From NCBI GenBank assembly GCA_964470175.1, contig CAYYBL010000001.1:4982-68981 (forward strand): a stretch of DNA of 64,000 nt, written 5' to 3'. A program made the translations under genes and the position numbers. The notes below the pieces were generated by a model, which saw only the letters and a list, made by a program, of their open reading frames with translations, was not told the DNA's origin and did no database searches. Shown one piece after another: positions 28,414-43,400 of this stretch. Source of the DNA: an uncultured Lachnospiraceae bacterium (lineage in GTDB: Bacteria; Bacillota; Clostridia; TANB77; CAG-508). Position 1 is the first letter of the stretch; each line of letters starts with the position of its first letter.

Positions 28414-28429
28414 TTACCGATTTTTTATG

Positions 28430-31400
28430 TTATTTTATAAACTTTGAATCTAATACTTTTTTCCTAATAAGTATGATTCCGCCAGCTATTATAACTATTG
28501 ATACTGAAGCTATAGCTAGTACTTGAGTAAGTAAAATATTTGACTTATCTATACCAGTAGGTGGTGTAAATGTAACTATTTCTGTGCTTGATGCTCCTCT
28601 TTTCTTTAATGATTCAAAGAATTCACCATATTTAGGTGTAATAACACCTGTGATATATGTCATATCTCTTCTTCCTACTGTATTTTCGTATTTAACAATC
28701 TCAGCTAATGCATCAAACGCTAAACTGTTTGATTCATCTGAAGATAATGTAGATATTTTTTTCGTTGTAATAATATCAATTGTACCTGATGTCTTGACTT
28801 TTTCATCAGTATTTGGATTCTTTCCAATGATGATATCTTCTGTACCTCCATTTAAGTCTTTATCCAAATACAACATGTTTTCATGGAAAATATTATTGCC
28901 ATACGCTCTAATAGGAACCAATCTAAATTCAAATGCTCCATTTGTAACTGCACCTTTATCATCTGACCATGGTCTATAATTATCATTTAGCTGATCTACT
29001 GAAAGAGCTAGGTTATTTTGAGTATCAGATGTATATTGTCTATTGTTTTTATCAATAATCGTTTTTCCATTTGCTACAGTCTTTCCAATCAACCTCTTTT
29101 CATAATTTCCATTACCATTAAGTTCTTCGATACTCGTATTTTTCCAATATCTATTGTAGTTGCTATTTTCTGATGTATCAAATACGGCATCTGTATCAAC
29201 GTAATCTAATACTTGTCTTACCCTTGTTGTAACAATTGCCTGACCAGCAATACTTCCAGTATAATAATAGTTTCCAATTACTGAGCCAAATTTTAAGTCC
29301 TTCTTTCCATCTACCCTACTTCCACTTATGCTATATATACTATTGTTATCATTTACAGTTTTTGCAGCATTTATTATTGTTGCATATTCTCCAATTGGAC
29401 TTTTTGAGCCAGAAATTTCACTAATTGCCTTTGTAGTATAATCTACCTCGCCCACATTTATCGCTGTAATTTTGTACCCAATAGCTATATATAAACCTTG
29501 TAATAAATCTTCATCGATGTTTATAAATTTAAAGTTTTGAATTCCTTTATTCTTTTCTTTTAGTTGTTCTAATTTATTTTCAGTTTTTCCTATTGCCTGC
29601 ATCAACTCTATTCCAGTTGACTTGTTTTTGTTTAATTCCACAATAACTACTAGATAATTATCAGAATCTAGTTTTGCGACAACAGGAATATCATCACTCG
29701 GTTTGCCTTTCACTTTTTTGTAATTTATATCGTATTCTGCATTAAACAAGACTTTATTATCATTTGTAATAAGTTTTATTGAACTTACTTCATCATCAAG
29801 AACGATCTTGTTTTCAGGTCTTTCTATTAAACCAATATTAACATTTTTTACATTTTGCTTGTTTGCTATAGTTCCCTTTTTCTTCTTTGATGTTGTGTAT
29901 AATCCATCTATCTCATCATCTTTATAGTTTAATATCTTAATTTTAGGTGTATCAGCATACATATCATACTTCTCATGAAGAACTCCATATGCTCCTGAGA
30001 CGTCATTTGCCTCAGACATATCTCCACCATTCTTATTTGTAATGGTTTCAGAGTTTGCCATTACCTCTGCTCTTCTATACTCGTTATCTCTTACATATGA
30101 TTTATTAGCATTTGATCCAGTTTCTGTATTACCTATAAACTCTTCTGTTAAACTTCCACCATACAATGTAGCCTTGAAGTCTTGGCCATTATATATAGTA
30201 GTCGTCTTACCGTATTTTATTTCATCGTAATTTGCAACATTTGAACCTGTTTTTAAATCATATTTTTTATATGGAGTATAAGTATATGTAACATATTTAC
30301 CAAGAGCTAAATCATAGGTTGTCTTTGTAGATGTATTATTTTCAAGTTTTTCCTTCGTATTATATGCTGCTGGTTCTCCAGAAATATCTCTCGTATTTTG
30401 TTGACTATTTTTGTCATTTCCATATCTTGCTCTAACTACATAATTTCCTGAAGGTATATTTTCAAATCGATATGTTCCTACTTCTTGTGTTTCAAGTGAA
30501 GAAACCACTCCTGCAACATTTCCATCATCACCAAGTTTATCTCCAACTTTTCTTTCTATCTTTGTCCTTGCTGTCTCTACAGTACTTCTAAATCCAGTAA
30601 GCTCTTCAAAGGTTTTTCCTCCAAGTGAAGCTAGATTTGTATTTGTATCCCACAAATAATCAAATTCTACACTTTCAGTTTTACTCTTCTTTAGCTGAAC
30701 TTTTTCTACAAGTTCTGTAGTAAGACCTCCTATTACTGCTTCATTATCATTTTTATCATTGTTATACACACCATCTCCAACAGAATCGTCATCTATCTTC
30801 TTGTCTTCAAATGCCAATCCAGATATTGTTTTTTCTGTAGATTCGTTATCTAGATACATATCAAGCACAGCTTTATATGTATCATTTTCGAATCTTGTAT
30901 AGGTATCAAATGATCCAATATTTACATTTGAAGGTGCTGAATTTTTGTCTATCTTTCCGTTTATTTTCCTATTTTTATATGTAGAATAACTATTGATTTC
31001 CACTATATTGTCTTGTTTTCCAAGTCTTATTGCATCTCTTACGCCATCACTATTACCTTTATCAACCTTGTATGTAATAGAATATGTAACATTTTTTCCA
31101 ATATCTATTTCACCTGGATTCTTTATTACATATGTTCTCTTATTATATGTCGTTCCATTTGATGAAATAACGTCTACAGGAGCTGATACAGACGCTGTAT
31201 TTTTATTTAATGAGTTATAAGTTTCAGATGCTTTGTCAAATATCTTAGTCTCTTCTGTTTTTTTATTTTCTATTTTGGTTGTTCCATCACTATCATCAAG
31301 TATTTTGTATATATCTTTTGTAACAGGTATAAGTGAATTACTTGAATAATCATCAATTGCATTTATTTTAACTTTTGAATCAGTTGAATTATTAGTAAGA

Positions 31401-34400
31401 GTGATATTGTATGTCAAATATACATCCATTTCTGAACTATAAATTCCATTTTCCATATTTTCATAGAATTTATATAAATCATCATAATCTTTGTTTTTCT
31501 TATACAAATCTACTCTATAATAGTAATCTGTCTTAAATAAACCAAGTTTATAATGCAAAGTATTTGCTTCTTCGCTTGTAGTAACTCCCATAGTTGCAAA
31601 GCTTTGTCCGTATTTGTATGTCAGTTTTCTACCGTTTGTAATTACGTTTGCTTCTCTTAGAACTTTTTCTGCGCTTATATCAGTTTCTGCCCTATATCTA
31701 ACTCCCAAATTTATATTTCTAGCATATGGATATGCAGCTATATATTTTGATGAGCCTTTTGTTGAATTTTTATTTAAAAGGATAACTGTATCATCAACTG
31801 GGAAGCTTAGTCCAAGTTCTTTTGTAGTAGCACTCATCTTATATTGTTCTTTTATAGTTCCATCAACATTTGTTGTAACTAAAGTTGAAGTAACTCTGTC
31901 TATCTGCTTCATACTTTTAACTTCACCAGTTTCTGCATCGACAGTTCTTGCATAAACATCATTTGCATTTGAAGTATACTCAAGCTCATATTCTCCACCT
32001 TCTCCAATTGCCTTACCTATGGTTTTTCCCATACCATCTATAACTTTATCACCTATAATATTACTAAATTTAGCATTGAATTGATCTCTTGAACTATTAT
32101 ATTGAACTTTATTACTATATGTATTTGCTATATCAATTGCGTGTGAAGAATCTATATAAGTTTCTTTATCAGCGATATTATCTGATTTTGCTGCTTTATA
32201 GTAATCATTTGCATTTGCACGATATCCACTACTATTTGTTTTTGGTATTAAAGACTTTGTCGGTTCATAGGTTTGTCCATCATATACAAATTGTACGTAA
32301 AACTCATTCTTTTTTAAGTCTCCGAGGTGAGCTAGTTGCACTTTAGCGCTCCATTCACCAGCCGCATCTGTATGTATTGGTTGTTCTACAAGTCCACCAT
32401 TTATATCATAAAGTTGAAGTAATTCATTATTACTCATTCTTCTAACATATACTTCAACATTTTGATAAGGATTATCTCTACCTCCTATGTCTCTTATGCC
32501 ATCTTCTGTATCACTTCCCTTATCTCCAGATGGATTATCTATCCATGCATATCCTCCAATATCCATAAGAAGTTCTTGACTTGCTCCTAAGCTAAATCTA
32601 TTATTTATAGTTGATTTTACTGTTACTCCATTTGATAGAGTATATTGTTTATTTGATATGCCATCTATTACCCACCATCCATTACTTTCTTGTGAATGTT
32701 GTGATTCTGTGACAGTTACTACTGGTGCCTTGCTTGTACCATTTCCATCGTACCATTCTATACCTTCAAGAATTGCATTTCCATTTTTGGTATATGTTCT
32801 TCCTCCTACTTTCCATGACCATTCTGTATTCATTCTACCTGGTCTATCTGGATCCGCATTTGTAACCCTTACTTTATACTTTCTTGTATAATTCTTATAC
32901 AAAAGTGAAGTTCCATCACCATCTTCATCATATGAAAAATACGTATCACTTGTAATATCAACTCTCACATTAAATGTAACATCATCTGGTATTCCAGATT
33001 TATCTGATACACAAACTTTTTCAAGTTCAATATTTGTTTTATTAGGTTTTTTAGTTACATTATTAACAATAGCCACTTCTGTAGTATCTTTACTATCTGG
33101 CGTAACTTCTAGAGTTTCCTCACCATCTTCCTTCTTTAAAGCATTTACTTTAAATCTAGTATTCTTTCCATATGAATTATTATCCACTTCGATAGTATAA
33201 TTCTTTTCATCAATTTCCTCTATTTTAAAATATGGTTCCTCATCAAATGAATTCCACTCAATTTTTCCAGAAGTCCATGTTTCATTTGCTTTAATTATTT
33301 GATTTGAAAATGATTTTAACAATTTATCTGATGTTCTGCTTTCGTATACGTCTACATTAAAGTGATATTCTTTTCCAATATTTTCAGCTAGATCTGCCTC
33401 ATCTCCAGTAAGTTTTTTCGTAACTTTTATGTATCCATAATTCTTTTTACTTATATTCTTTTGAATAGCAACCTTTACGGTATTTCTATCAAGTTTTCCT
33501 GAAGCACTGACACTTTCGCCCTTTATAACATTTCCATTTTCATCAATTATTTCCTCTATAGTATATGTCGGACCATCTTTGTTTCTACCATTCCAATCAA
33601 ATCTACCTACATTTTTCGTAATGCCTAAAGTAACATTTTCTATTATAAATTCTTTTGATTGATTTGCTTCAATTTCACCATTTCTATATTTATCAATATA
33701 GTATGTAACTTTGTTATTTGCATTTACTCTTAGCTTGAATGTATATTTTACTTTTGGATCTACCTTACCTATTTTTCTAATCTTTAGATTTGCATATCCT
33801 GGGAATCCTCCTGGACTATCATTTACTGCTCTTACTATTATAGGTTCTCTTTCAACATCTGGATCATTTCTATCTATAAATCCAGTATTATTAGAAATAG
33901 ACGCAAATACTGTTCCACTTGTATTTATCTCATTTACAGAATAGTACAATCTTTCCTCAGTTGGAGGTATTTGTATATCAATCACATTACTCTCCCACGA
34001 AACAATACCTTCACTTGTTGTATGCTTAGAAACTTCTACTGATTGTGTGTATTCTGTATGATCACCTTTAATGTATAATGAGAATATAAATACTGTGCCT
34101 TCATTTAAACTTACCCCACTATCTACAGTTTTTAATATTTTTAAATGTGCTATCTTTTCTTCTGAATTTTCAACTTCATTTTTACAAGTTAAAGTTAATT
34201 GATTACCATCATTTACTTTAAATTCACCATTTAATTCATCTTCTATATTATCAATACTGTTTCCTTTGCCATCTTCTAGTTTAACAAAAACCATACCTTC
34301 TGGCACACTTACCTCTTTTATACTGTAATTTAAACCAGTATGACCAGATAGTATTTCATATCCATCAAGAGTTCTTGACCATCTAACTTCATTACTTGAA

Positions 34401-37400
34401 ATTGTAGATTCATCAATATCTCTTTTATCAAGAGTGATTCTTACATTTTCTCCATAACCTTCTACTGATAGATTAAATGCAAACTCAGCTCTTTCTATTT
34501 GATCTATAGACCATATTCCTCCCGAATTATCAAGTACTTTATCAATTTTTATTGCAAGGCTTTGTGAAATTTCTCTGCCATTTTCACAATGAACAATTGC
34601 AGGTGTATCTATCCTATTTGCACGTAATGTACCTTTTATAGTATCTTTAATATTGTGTATCTCACCTTCCTCACCTTCTATGTACATTTTTTCAAATACA
34701 ATATCTTCTGGAAGTTCACTTTCTTGTACTTCGTAGTTAATTCCATCTTTATTTGATGGTATATTAAATTCAAGTGTCCTTTTCCAATAATAGAATTCAC
34801 CATCTAATCCATGAGAATCCATAGGATCATTTGCTTCATTATTTTGAGTAAGTGAAACATATATCGGACTTGTATATCCATCGATTATTAATCTAAATCT
34901 ATATATCTTATCGTTTATATTTATTCCCTTTTCCAATACAGATTTATTTATATACTTTTCAAGCCTTATATATGCTTTTGCACTTCCATTATTTTCACAA
35001 ATCACGTTAAGAGTTGTATCTACAGTATTTTCGCTAAGTGTACTAGAAATTGTCTTATTTGGTGCTTCAACATGTACTCCACCATCTTTATCTTCATACA
35101 TCTTTACAAATGTGACTTTCGATGATGCATCTATTTCTTCTACACTATAATCTATTTCACTTCTATCAGCTGGAATATTCAAATAAAACACACTACTTTC
35201 CCAATTTCCAGTAGATTCATTATAATTTTGATCATAATCTAACCCTATGTAAATAGGTGATGATAAACCAGTTGCTTTAAGCTCAAATTTAAATTTAAGT
35301 TCTTTTATATCTTTTTCACTCATATAATCCTTATTATTTACTTTCTTTATAAGTCTTATATGCGTGGTTGTAGCATGATTATTTTTACAAACTATGTGAA
35401 GCGGTACTTCAGTAGTATTTTTCTTAAGAGTTCCTTTTAATGCCTTTCCTTCTGTTACTTCTTCCTCATGTCCATCTTCAAATATCTTATATAGTACTGT
35501 GTCATATGGAAGATTTACCTCCTGCAATGTATATCCTTCTTCAACAGCACCATTTGGAAGTGTAATCTCTCTATCACATTCCCATATATTAGTTCCATCT
35601 TCATATTGTGTTCTATCCAATGCAAGATCTACACTATCAGACTCCCCATCTAATGTAAGTCTAAAAGTAAATACCATATCTTTCTTTTCTTCTTCTGAAA
35701 GATTTGACGTCCTTTCAAGGATCTTTTTTAAATGAATGTGAGCAACATTGTTTACTGAAACCCTATCTTTGCACACCACTCTTATAACACTATTTGATAA
35801 TCCTGAAAGTTTTCCTTTAACAGATTTAGTTATGTCTGTAATAAACTTATCTGGATTTGTTTCATCTCTAGGTTCCTCATACATCTCGACAAATTCATTA
35901 TACGTTGAAGCGCCTTGCTCATTAATACTATATGACAATTCTTCTTTTCCAAAAGGAATATCATATTCAAACTCTCTTTCAAATATATCTCCTGTTCTTT
36001 GCAAATGAGTCATAGCAAATGTTTTTGATTCATACCCCTCTACATTAAGTACAAACCAGAAAACAAGATCATCTTTCTCACTTTCTGATAAATCATTTGT
36101 ATCTAATACTTTCTGAACGCGAATTTTAGTATCTTTCACATATTTATTTAAGCAATGAATTTTTAAAGGTACACTTGTATCATTAGGCTTCAATACTCCT
36201 CTTAATCCGTCTTTTATATCTGTCTTCTCTGTACTATATGTACCATCTTCATTTTCTTCATGCAAGTATTCATAATTAATATCTTCAGGCACATTTATTT
36301 CGTACAAAGTATATGGTACGCTTTCTACTCCATCTGGAATAAAATATGTTAAATCTTTTGACCATACATCTTCTGTAGGAGACTTATCTAACGTAAATTT
36401 ATGTTCAATAGGCTTTCCTCCATCTATTTGATTTTCAACTTTAATCTTAAACTCAAAAACTTTATCATTTTTTTCTTCTTCTGTAAGTGTGCTGTCATTT
36501 TCTAATCTTTTTTCAAGATGAATATGTGATATCTTTCCATTTTCAGCATTTTTTGCATTTAGTGAGAGTTTTCCATTAATTGCTTCACTCAGTCTTCCCT
36601 TGGATGCTCCTTGAGGAATATATGTATAATTTCTTTGTGCATATTCCATCACATTTTCAGCATTTGGTACACCTACTGAATCAAATACTCCATCAAGTGA
36701 TGTTCGCTCTATATATTCATATTCTGGTGCCTCACCATCAGCATCCCACATAAGCTCACCTTTAGAATTCCATGTAAGAGCTGACTGATTTATAAAATTC
36801 AAATTAACTACATACATGCTTGTAGAGATATCCCAAACTGGATCTACTCCCTGATTTGTAAAATACCATGTATTTGATTCATTCAAATATTTTGTATTTC
36901 CATCAACAACATATCTTAAGTTTTTAACTTTATCAGTCTTTGTAATTTTTACAATGAAGTCAACTGAAGCATATACGGTATTATGTACGTTTACTCCACC
37001 TTCATTTTTAATAAATTCTTTTGTAAGTGAAACCATAGCAGATTCTGTATATTTTCTATATTCATTCTTTATATAAACATTAATTTTATTATTTAGTTTG
37101 TCAATATCTGCTACTGTTCCAACAAGCGAATTACTGTTTGAGCCCTCTATTGTAGTAATATAATCTTTCTCCGTTGTTACTCCATCAATTGATGTTAAAT
37201 TTGCTTCTTTTTCTGTAATAGTATAGCTTGGAATACTTGAGTTTTTCGTCCATACTATACTTCCCGCTGAATTCCATGATTTATCGACATTATTATCAAA
37301 AGTCACTGATACTCTATTATTGGAATCGTTACTAATCGTTTCTGTTCCACCTTGATTTGAAATATACCAATCTCCAACTGTTAATATTTTTGAATTTGCT

Positions 37401-40400
37401 CCATTTACGTATTTTACAACTCCATCATCATTTGGAACTGAAATTTTAAGTTCATAATTCACAGTACCTGAAACTTGATATGAATTTTCTTCATTAAATT
37501 CATCTTTCTTAACAAATTTTTTATTAATATAAAATGCACCACAATTTAATGTGTTTTTAACTTTTGTAGTTGCATTTCCATCTTTATCAACAGCAGAAAT
37601 ATTTTCATTCTTTCTATTTGAACCAGAATAATCAATAGATGTACTATAATCAGCTTCAGTACTTCCATCTTCTAAAGTATATGTAGCTTCTTCTATTGTA
37701 TATCTTGGTATGTTTTTATCTTCTATCCATTTTATTTCTCCACTTGACTGCCACGTAGCTGAATCAATATCACTAAAGTGAATCTTTACCCTATTTGATG
37801 TAGCATCTTTTTCTAATCTTTCACCCGTGGTGTCGTAGTTAAAATACCATGTACCTTCATCTAGTATTTGAGGTTCTAATCCCTCGACATTATATGTACA
37901 TGACGTACCTTCTCTTATAGTTATACTTGCAATAAATTGTACATCACCTGTAACCTTATAACTTCCTTTTGTACCATCGCTTTTATTTACTTCAAAGTCC
38001 TTTACTATTTTTAAATGCGTTCCAATATTTCTATATGTATTTTTTGCATTTATTTCAACTATACCTTCTGGTGAAGAACTATATACTATATCTGTCTTTG
38101 TATTTGTATTTGTTCCTTCAAAAGAGCAAATATAATTATCTTTTGTTGTTCCATCTTCAAGTGAAATAGATTCTTCTGTAATTGTATATACTGGATCTCC
38201 CTGAGCAAAATCCCACTCAATTTTTCCCTTTGACATCCAAGTTGACCTTGAAGTCTCATCAAAACTTAGCACTACTCTATTTTGAGAGGCATTTGGATTT
38301 TCACTTTCACTTTGTAAATACTCATTAGAGCCATCTGACATTAAATAATATGTACCTGTTGGTAATGGTTTTTCTGTGCCATCTGCCGAAATATAACGAG
38401 CATTTTTCACAGTATCTGATATTTCAAGTTTTAAACTAAAATATGCATTTCCCTTTACTGTCCTATCTTTTTCAGATCCGAAATAATTTTGAACAAATCT
38501 TTTATTAATTTTAAACTGTATTCCTTTAATGCTTTCATCTGTATTTATAGCAGTAACAGTCATAGCTTGTTCAATAGGATCTGTATCTGATAACAATCCC
38601 GTCTTCCTTCCATTCACTGCACCTGGTATTTCAAGCGAATAATTTCCACGAATAGATTTTCCATTTGTATCTACTATATCTGTTTCATATAATTCATATG
38701 TTGGAGAATAGCCACTTTTTATTTCCCAAATAATTTCACCTTGTGATTCCCACAATTCATAATTATTATTATCGAATGGAATTATAACTCTATTTGCATC
38801 TGAACCACTAATTTCTACTCCAGGGCCACTACTCATATAATATGAATTATTCTTTTCTAGATGAGTCAAATTTCCATCAACATCTATATAGTAGCAATCA
38901 TCAATTTCATTAGGAATGTTTATTTTCATCATAAATGAGACATTCCCTGAGAAATTTTTATTAGATCCTGTTTTATTTTTAAAATATTTTTCTATTCTTA
39001 TCTTAGCCCTATTGAAATCACCATAAAGGTTTTCTGCTGTAATATATATATAGCCACCAGTGTTGTCAGAAAGTTTTCCCGTATTTCCTTCTTTATTTTT
39101 ATTATAAATAGTCGTTATGTATCCTTCTGTCTCACCATTTAAGTTGTATCCTGTTTCTTTAATGTTATATGTAGGAGAAGTTCCTTCTTCATCCCACTTA
39201 ATTGTTATATCTGAATCCCATGATCTACTATTTCCATTTATATCTAAAATTATGCCTGTATCCGCATTGGAAATGGTTTCTCTACCAGTTGAATAGTCAT
39301 AATTTAAATAGTATTTACCAGCTGGCATTGGAGTCTCAACACCACCTAATACATATTTTGTTGTCCCAGCACTATTGGTATCTATTTCTAGACTGAATGA
39401 CACTGTTCCTGTAACACTTTTTTGGTATTTTTCTGTGATATTATCTCTTGTCTTTTTTTCGTACACAAGTTTATTTATATTAAACTTTGCTTCTTTCCAA
39501 CCAATTGATCTATTTGTAGCATTAAGAGTTATAATTCCCTGAGTAGATTGTGAAAATGAACCACTATACGGACTTGAAGAGCCATTTATTGTAATTTTAT
39601 ATTCATCCTTACTAAATGTAACCCTTGTATCTTCATCAGAAAAGACTTCTCTTATTTCAAATGTAGGTAATTCCGGACCATTTGGATAGAATATCTCTGG
39701 AGAAACCCAATTTGCCTCATCTGAATTATTAAATCCCATATATATTGTTTGCTTTGTAGTATTAATCTTTCCATCTGTACTAACATAATAATCATTGCCA
39801 CCAATTAAATCTTTGTTCTCCCCATTAGATAGATAATAACAATCTGTTGGAATATGTAGCTTCATTTCAAATCCTGCTGTTCCATTAACAGGAGTTAATC
39901 CTCCATTACTATCTGTAAAATACTTTTTCAAATCAAATTTAGTAGGAATAATATCTTCGCCACTATTCACACATGTAATGAATAATGGATTCGAATCATT
40001 ATCATCCCTTGTAAGTGTACCTGAAAGTATTCTTGTGTTTTCATCTGCAACATTACCTTTTGAATCAGATAAGCTCACTAAATGAATCGACTTACCATTC
40101 ATATCAATTTCTTCAATTGTATAGCTTAATTCGTTTTGACCACTATATATTGGATAAGATATTACTTTGTGTGATGATTCACCATCTTTATATACTACAT
40201 CAATAATATCATCTCCATAACCTTGCACATTAAGTCTAAATCTAAATGTTTTACCATCATATGCACTAGCATTTGATTGTATATCTTTCTTAATTTTTAA
40301 ATATACAAAATCTGGTATATCTACAGTATTTATAATTTTAACTTTTACAGTACCATCTTCAGATTGTGCCAAATTTCCATCAGCTTTACCTGTCGGATTA

Positions 40401-43400
40401 TTCTCTCCTACATAAATAACTTCTTTAACTCCAGGAAGTTTTTCAACTTCGCTAACCTCATAAGTTGGAATTTCTCCATTTTTATCCCATATAAATTCAC
40501 CTGATGTATATGTTTCTGAAAGTGATGAGGTATCAGAGTCAAATTTTAAAACCACTCTATTAGTGTCTGAATCTGATATACCTGTGTTTGTCAAATAATA
40601 ATCTTTATTAGGATCCAAGCTTATAAATTTATCTGGAAGAACATATTTTAAATTTTTAACACCATCTGTATTAATTTTTGCTTTTATGTTTACTGTCTTG
40701 CCTTTTGCAATTTCTTCAGCACCTCGTCCTTCCCATTCTTTTATAATCTGTAATTTTCCATGATCTAATTCCGGATTATGAACATTTTCTGCCGTGACAC
40801 TCAAACTTGCATTAACACCGACAGGTGTTTCTATAGTACCTGTAAGTTCCTTGTTAGTTTCATCTTCTATAGCTTTTGATTCACCATTTATTATTAAATT
40901 GTACCATCTCTTAAATGAAATACCTTCATCATCGTAGTTTTCTTTTATACAGTATTTTACTTCTGTTACACCTGTAGTTACATATAGTTTAATTACATCT
41001 GTTTCATATGTATATTGACCATTTGAAGAACCCTCATCACCACTATAACTTGTAAATTTAGCAATAGCTTCCGTTGGCTCCATACTATTGTCAATATCTA
41101 TTAAAAATGTAAATTTTTTTCTTTCAAGTTCTTCTCTAGTAAAGTATTCATCTGTATTAGAAAATGTTTTAGAGATTTTAAATGACACTGGTTTTTTAGG
41201 TATCGTAGAATTTTCTATAGTAAAACTTACATTCGGACTTCCTATTTCACCTTTTAAATTTCCTTCACCTTTTGCAACACTTGTTGAATTTGATGAATTA
41301 ATAACATAATATATATCATCACTTACTTTTTCAAACTTATCAGCAACCTCACCTAAATCTGAAATTGCCTTTACATATTCTACATTTATTACCTCATAAG
41401 TTGGAGGATCACCTTCCCAATAGAATGTTCCAGATTTCCATGTTTCACTTGTCTTAGCGTTTTTATGAACAGTCACCTGAGGTAGCCTATCTTTATTGGC
41501 ATCACTTGAGCCTTCTATATTATCCTCAGTTAAACTCCTATCATTTGTTAGAAATAATGGCTTATCCGTTATTGTAAATTGTTTTTTATTTTCATCTGTA
41601 CCATCAGCTGAATACTCAAACGTACCACTAGTAATCATTATACCGAATGCATATATGTTTGATTCTATAGTATCTGATGTTATCACTTTTTTAATAGAAA
41701 TATAACCAGATTTTGAGTGACTACTTACTGTGTTTTTACAAAAGATATCATTAGTCTCATCCGAATAATCTTTTCCAACAGGTTTTCCATTTTCACTAGA
41801 ATTTCTTCCTGACGAAAATTCACTATCATCCATAAAAAGTACAGCCTCAGATTCACCCATAGCAGCAACTCTTCCCATTATAGTTTGTTCATTTGAGAAA
41901 ATCATTCTTGTTTCATCTATAGGTACACTTAAACTATCTGTCACATCACTATCAAAAGTAATTGTAGAAGCCATATTAAATAAACTATAATATGCAGATG
42001 TATTATCATTAATAACTATATGTCTGCCAGCTCCAGAGATTGATTCAAATTTTATCAAATTACCTAGTGATGAGCCTATTTCTTGTACATAATAAATTGG
42101 TCTTTCAAATATTACTGGATCCCATCCTATATATTCATCATCAACCCATTCTAGATTGCCTGATTCGTCTATATTCTCTTTATCTAAATTTATGGTTTTT
42201 TCTTTAAGTAATTTCCACTTATTATCTTCCTTTTTCTTTGCAATGGCTTTTACTTTGAATGAGATATTTAATTTTTCTTTATTTTCTGCACTAAGCGTAT
42301 CATAACCTGAAATTTCTTTTTTAATTCTAAGTTTTCCAAATTGTTCTTCTACAGAGTTTATTGCCGTAACCGTAATATCTCCAGGTTTGTAACTACATAT
42401 ACTAAACCAATCTGAAATATTTGGTATTCCACTTATAGTTGAATTTACTCCCTGCACTGCAATTTCGGAAATATTTACCTTTACATTCGCATCACCCTTT
42501 GCAAATCTGATTGTACCACTTGACCAATCTTTATCATCTGTAGTTGAAGTAAAGTCAAGTTGAACATACTTTCTACTATCTACTAAATCTTCATATTTTA
42601 ATTCTGTTGTCCCATCTATTTCAACCAGTTCCTCAGAGTCATTTTCTAATAGTCTTAATCTATGTTTTCCAAATGGTAAACTATAGCCTCCTTTACTATA
42701 TGAAAAATAGCCTTCAATATTTACTTCAAAATTGAAAGTTTGCTTTAACAAGTCTTTTTTATCTTCAGGTGCTTCATTATATAAGATTTTCTTTAGTATT
42801 TTAATGTTATTATCTTGAAAATCTAACTTATTCTTAAATGACCATTTAGCATCATTGTCATACTTTACAAGAGTTGCTTCAGCTTCTCCTCCTGTATTTT
42901 CTTTACCATCTATAGTTCCTGTTACCGTTCTATCTGTAAGAAGTTTTGTTATTCCACTTTCATCTACCTCTTCAGTAATAGAATATGTTGGATTTTGGGT
43001 ACCCGCTTCCCAACAAATTTCATCCGTATAATCTTCCCACACATATCCAATTAATTTTTTTGCAGAATTATATTCTTTATAAGCCCATTCATCACCAAAA
43101 GAAAGTCTTATATCTTTTGTATTTTCCTTATCACTCGCTGTTTTGTTGTAGACAATTCTTCCATTAAAATTAAATTTTAAATGCAATGACCTTACGTATT
43201 CATCCATTTCATTTTCAGACAAATCTGGTATGTTTTCAACACTAAGAAATTTTTTAATAAGTAAACGTCCATGATATGATTTTGTGGTATTTGTAACTAT
43301 AATCTTAGGAATCTTATCTTCATTATTATCAAATTCAATAAATTCACCTGAGCCATTAATAAGTTCACTATCATCATTTATAATGCTTAAAGCATTTTTT

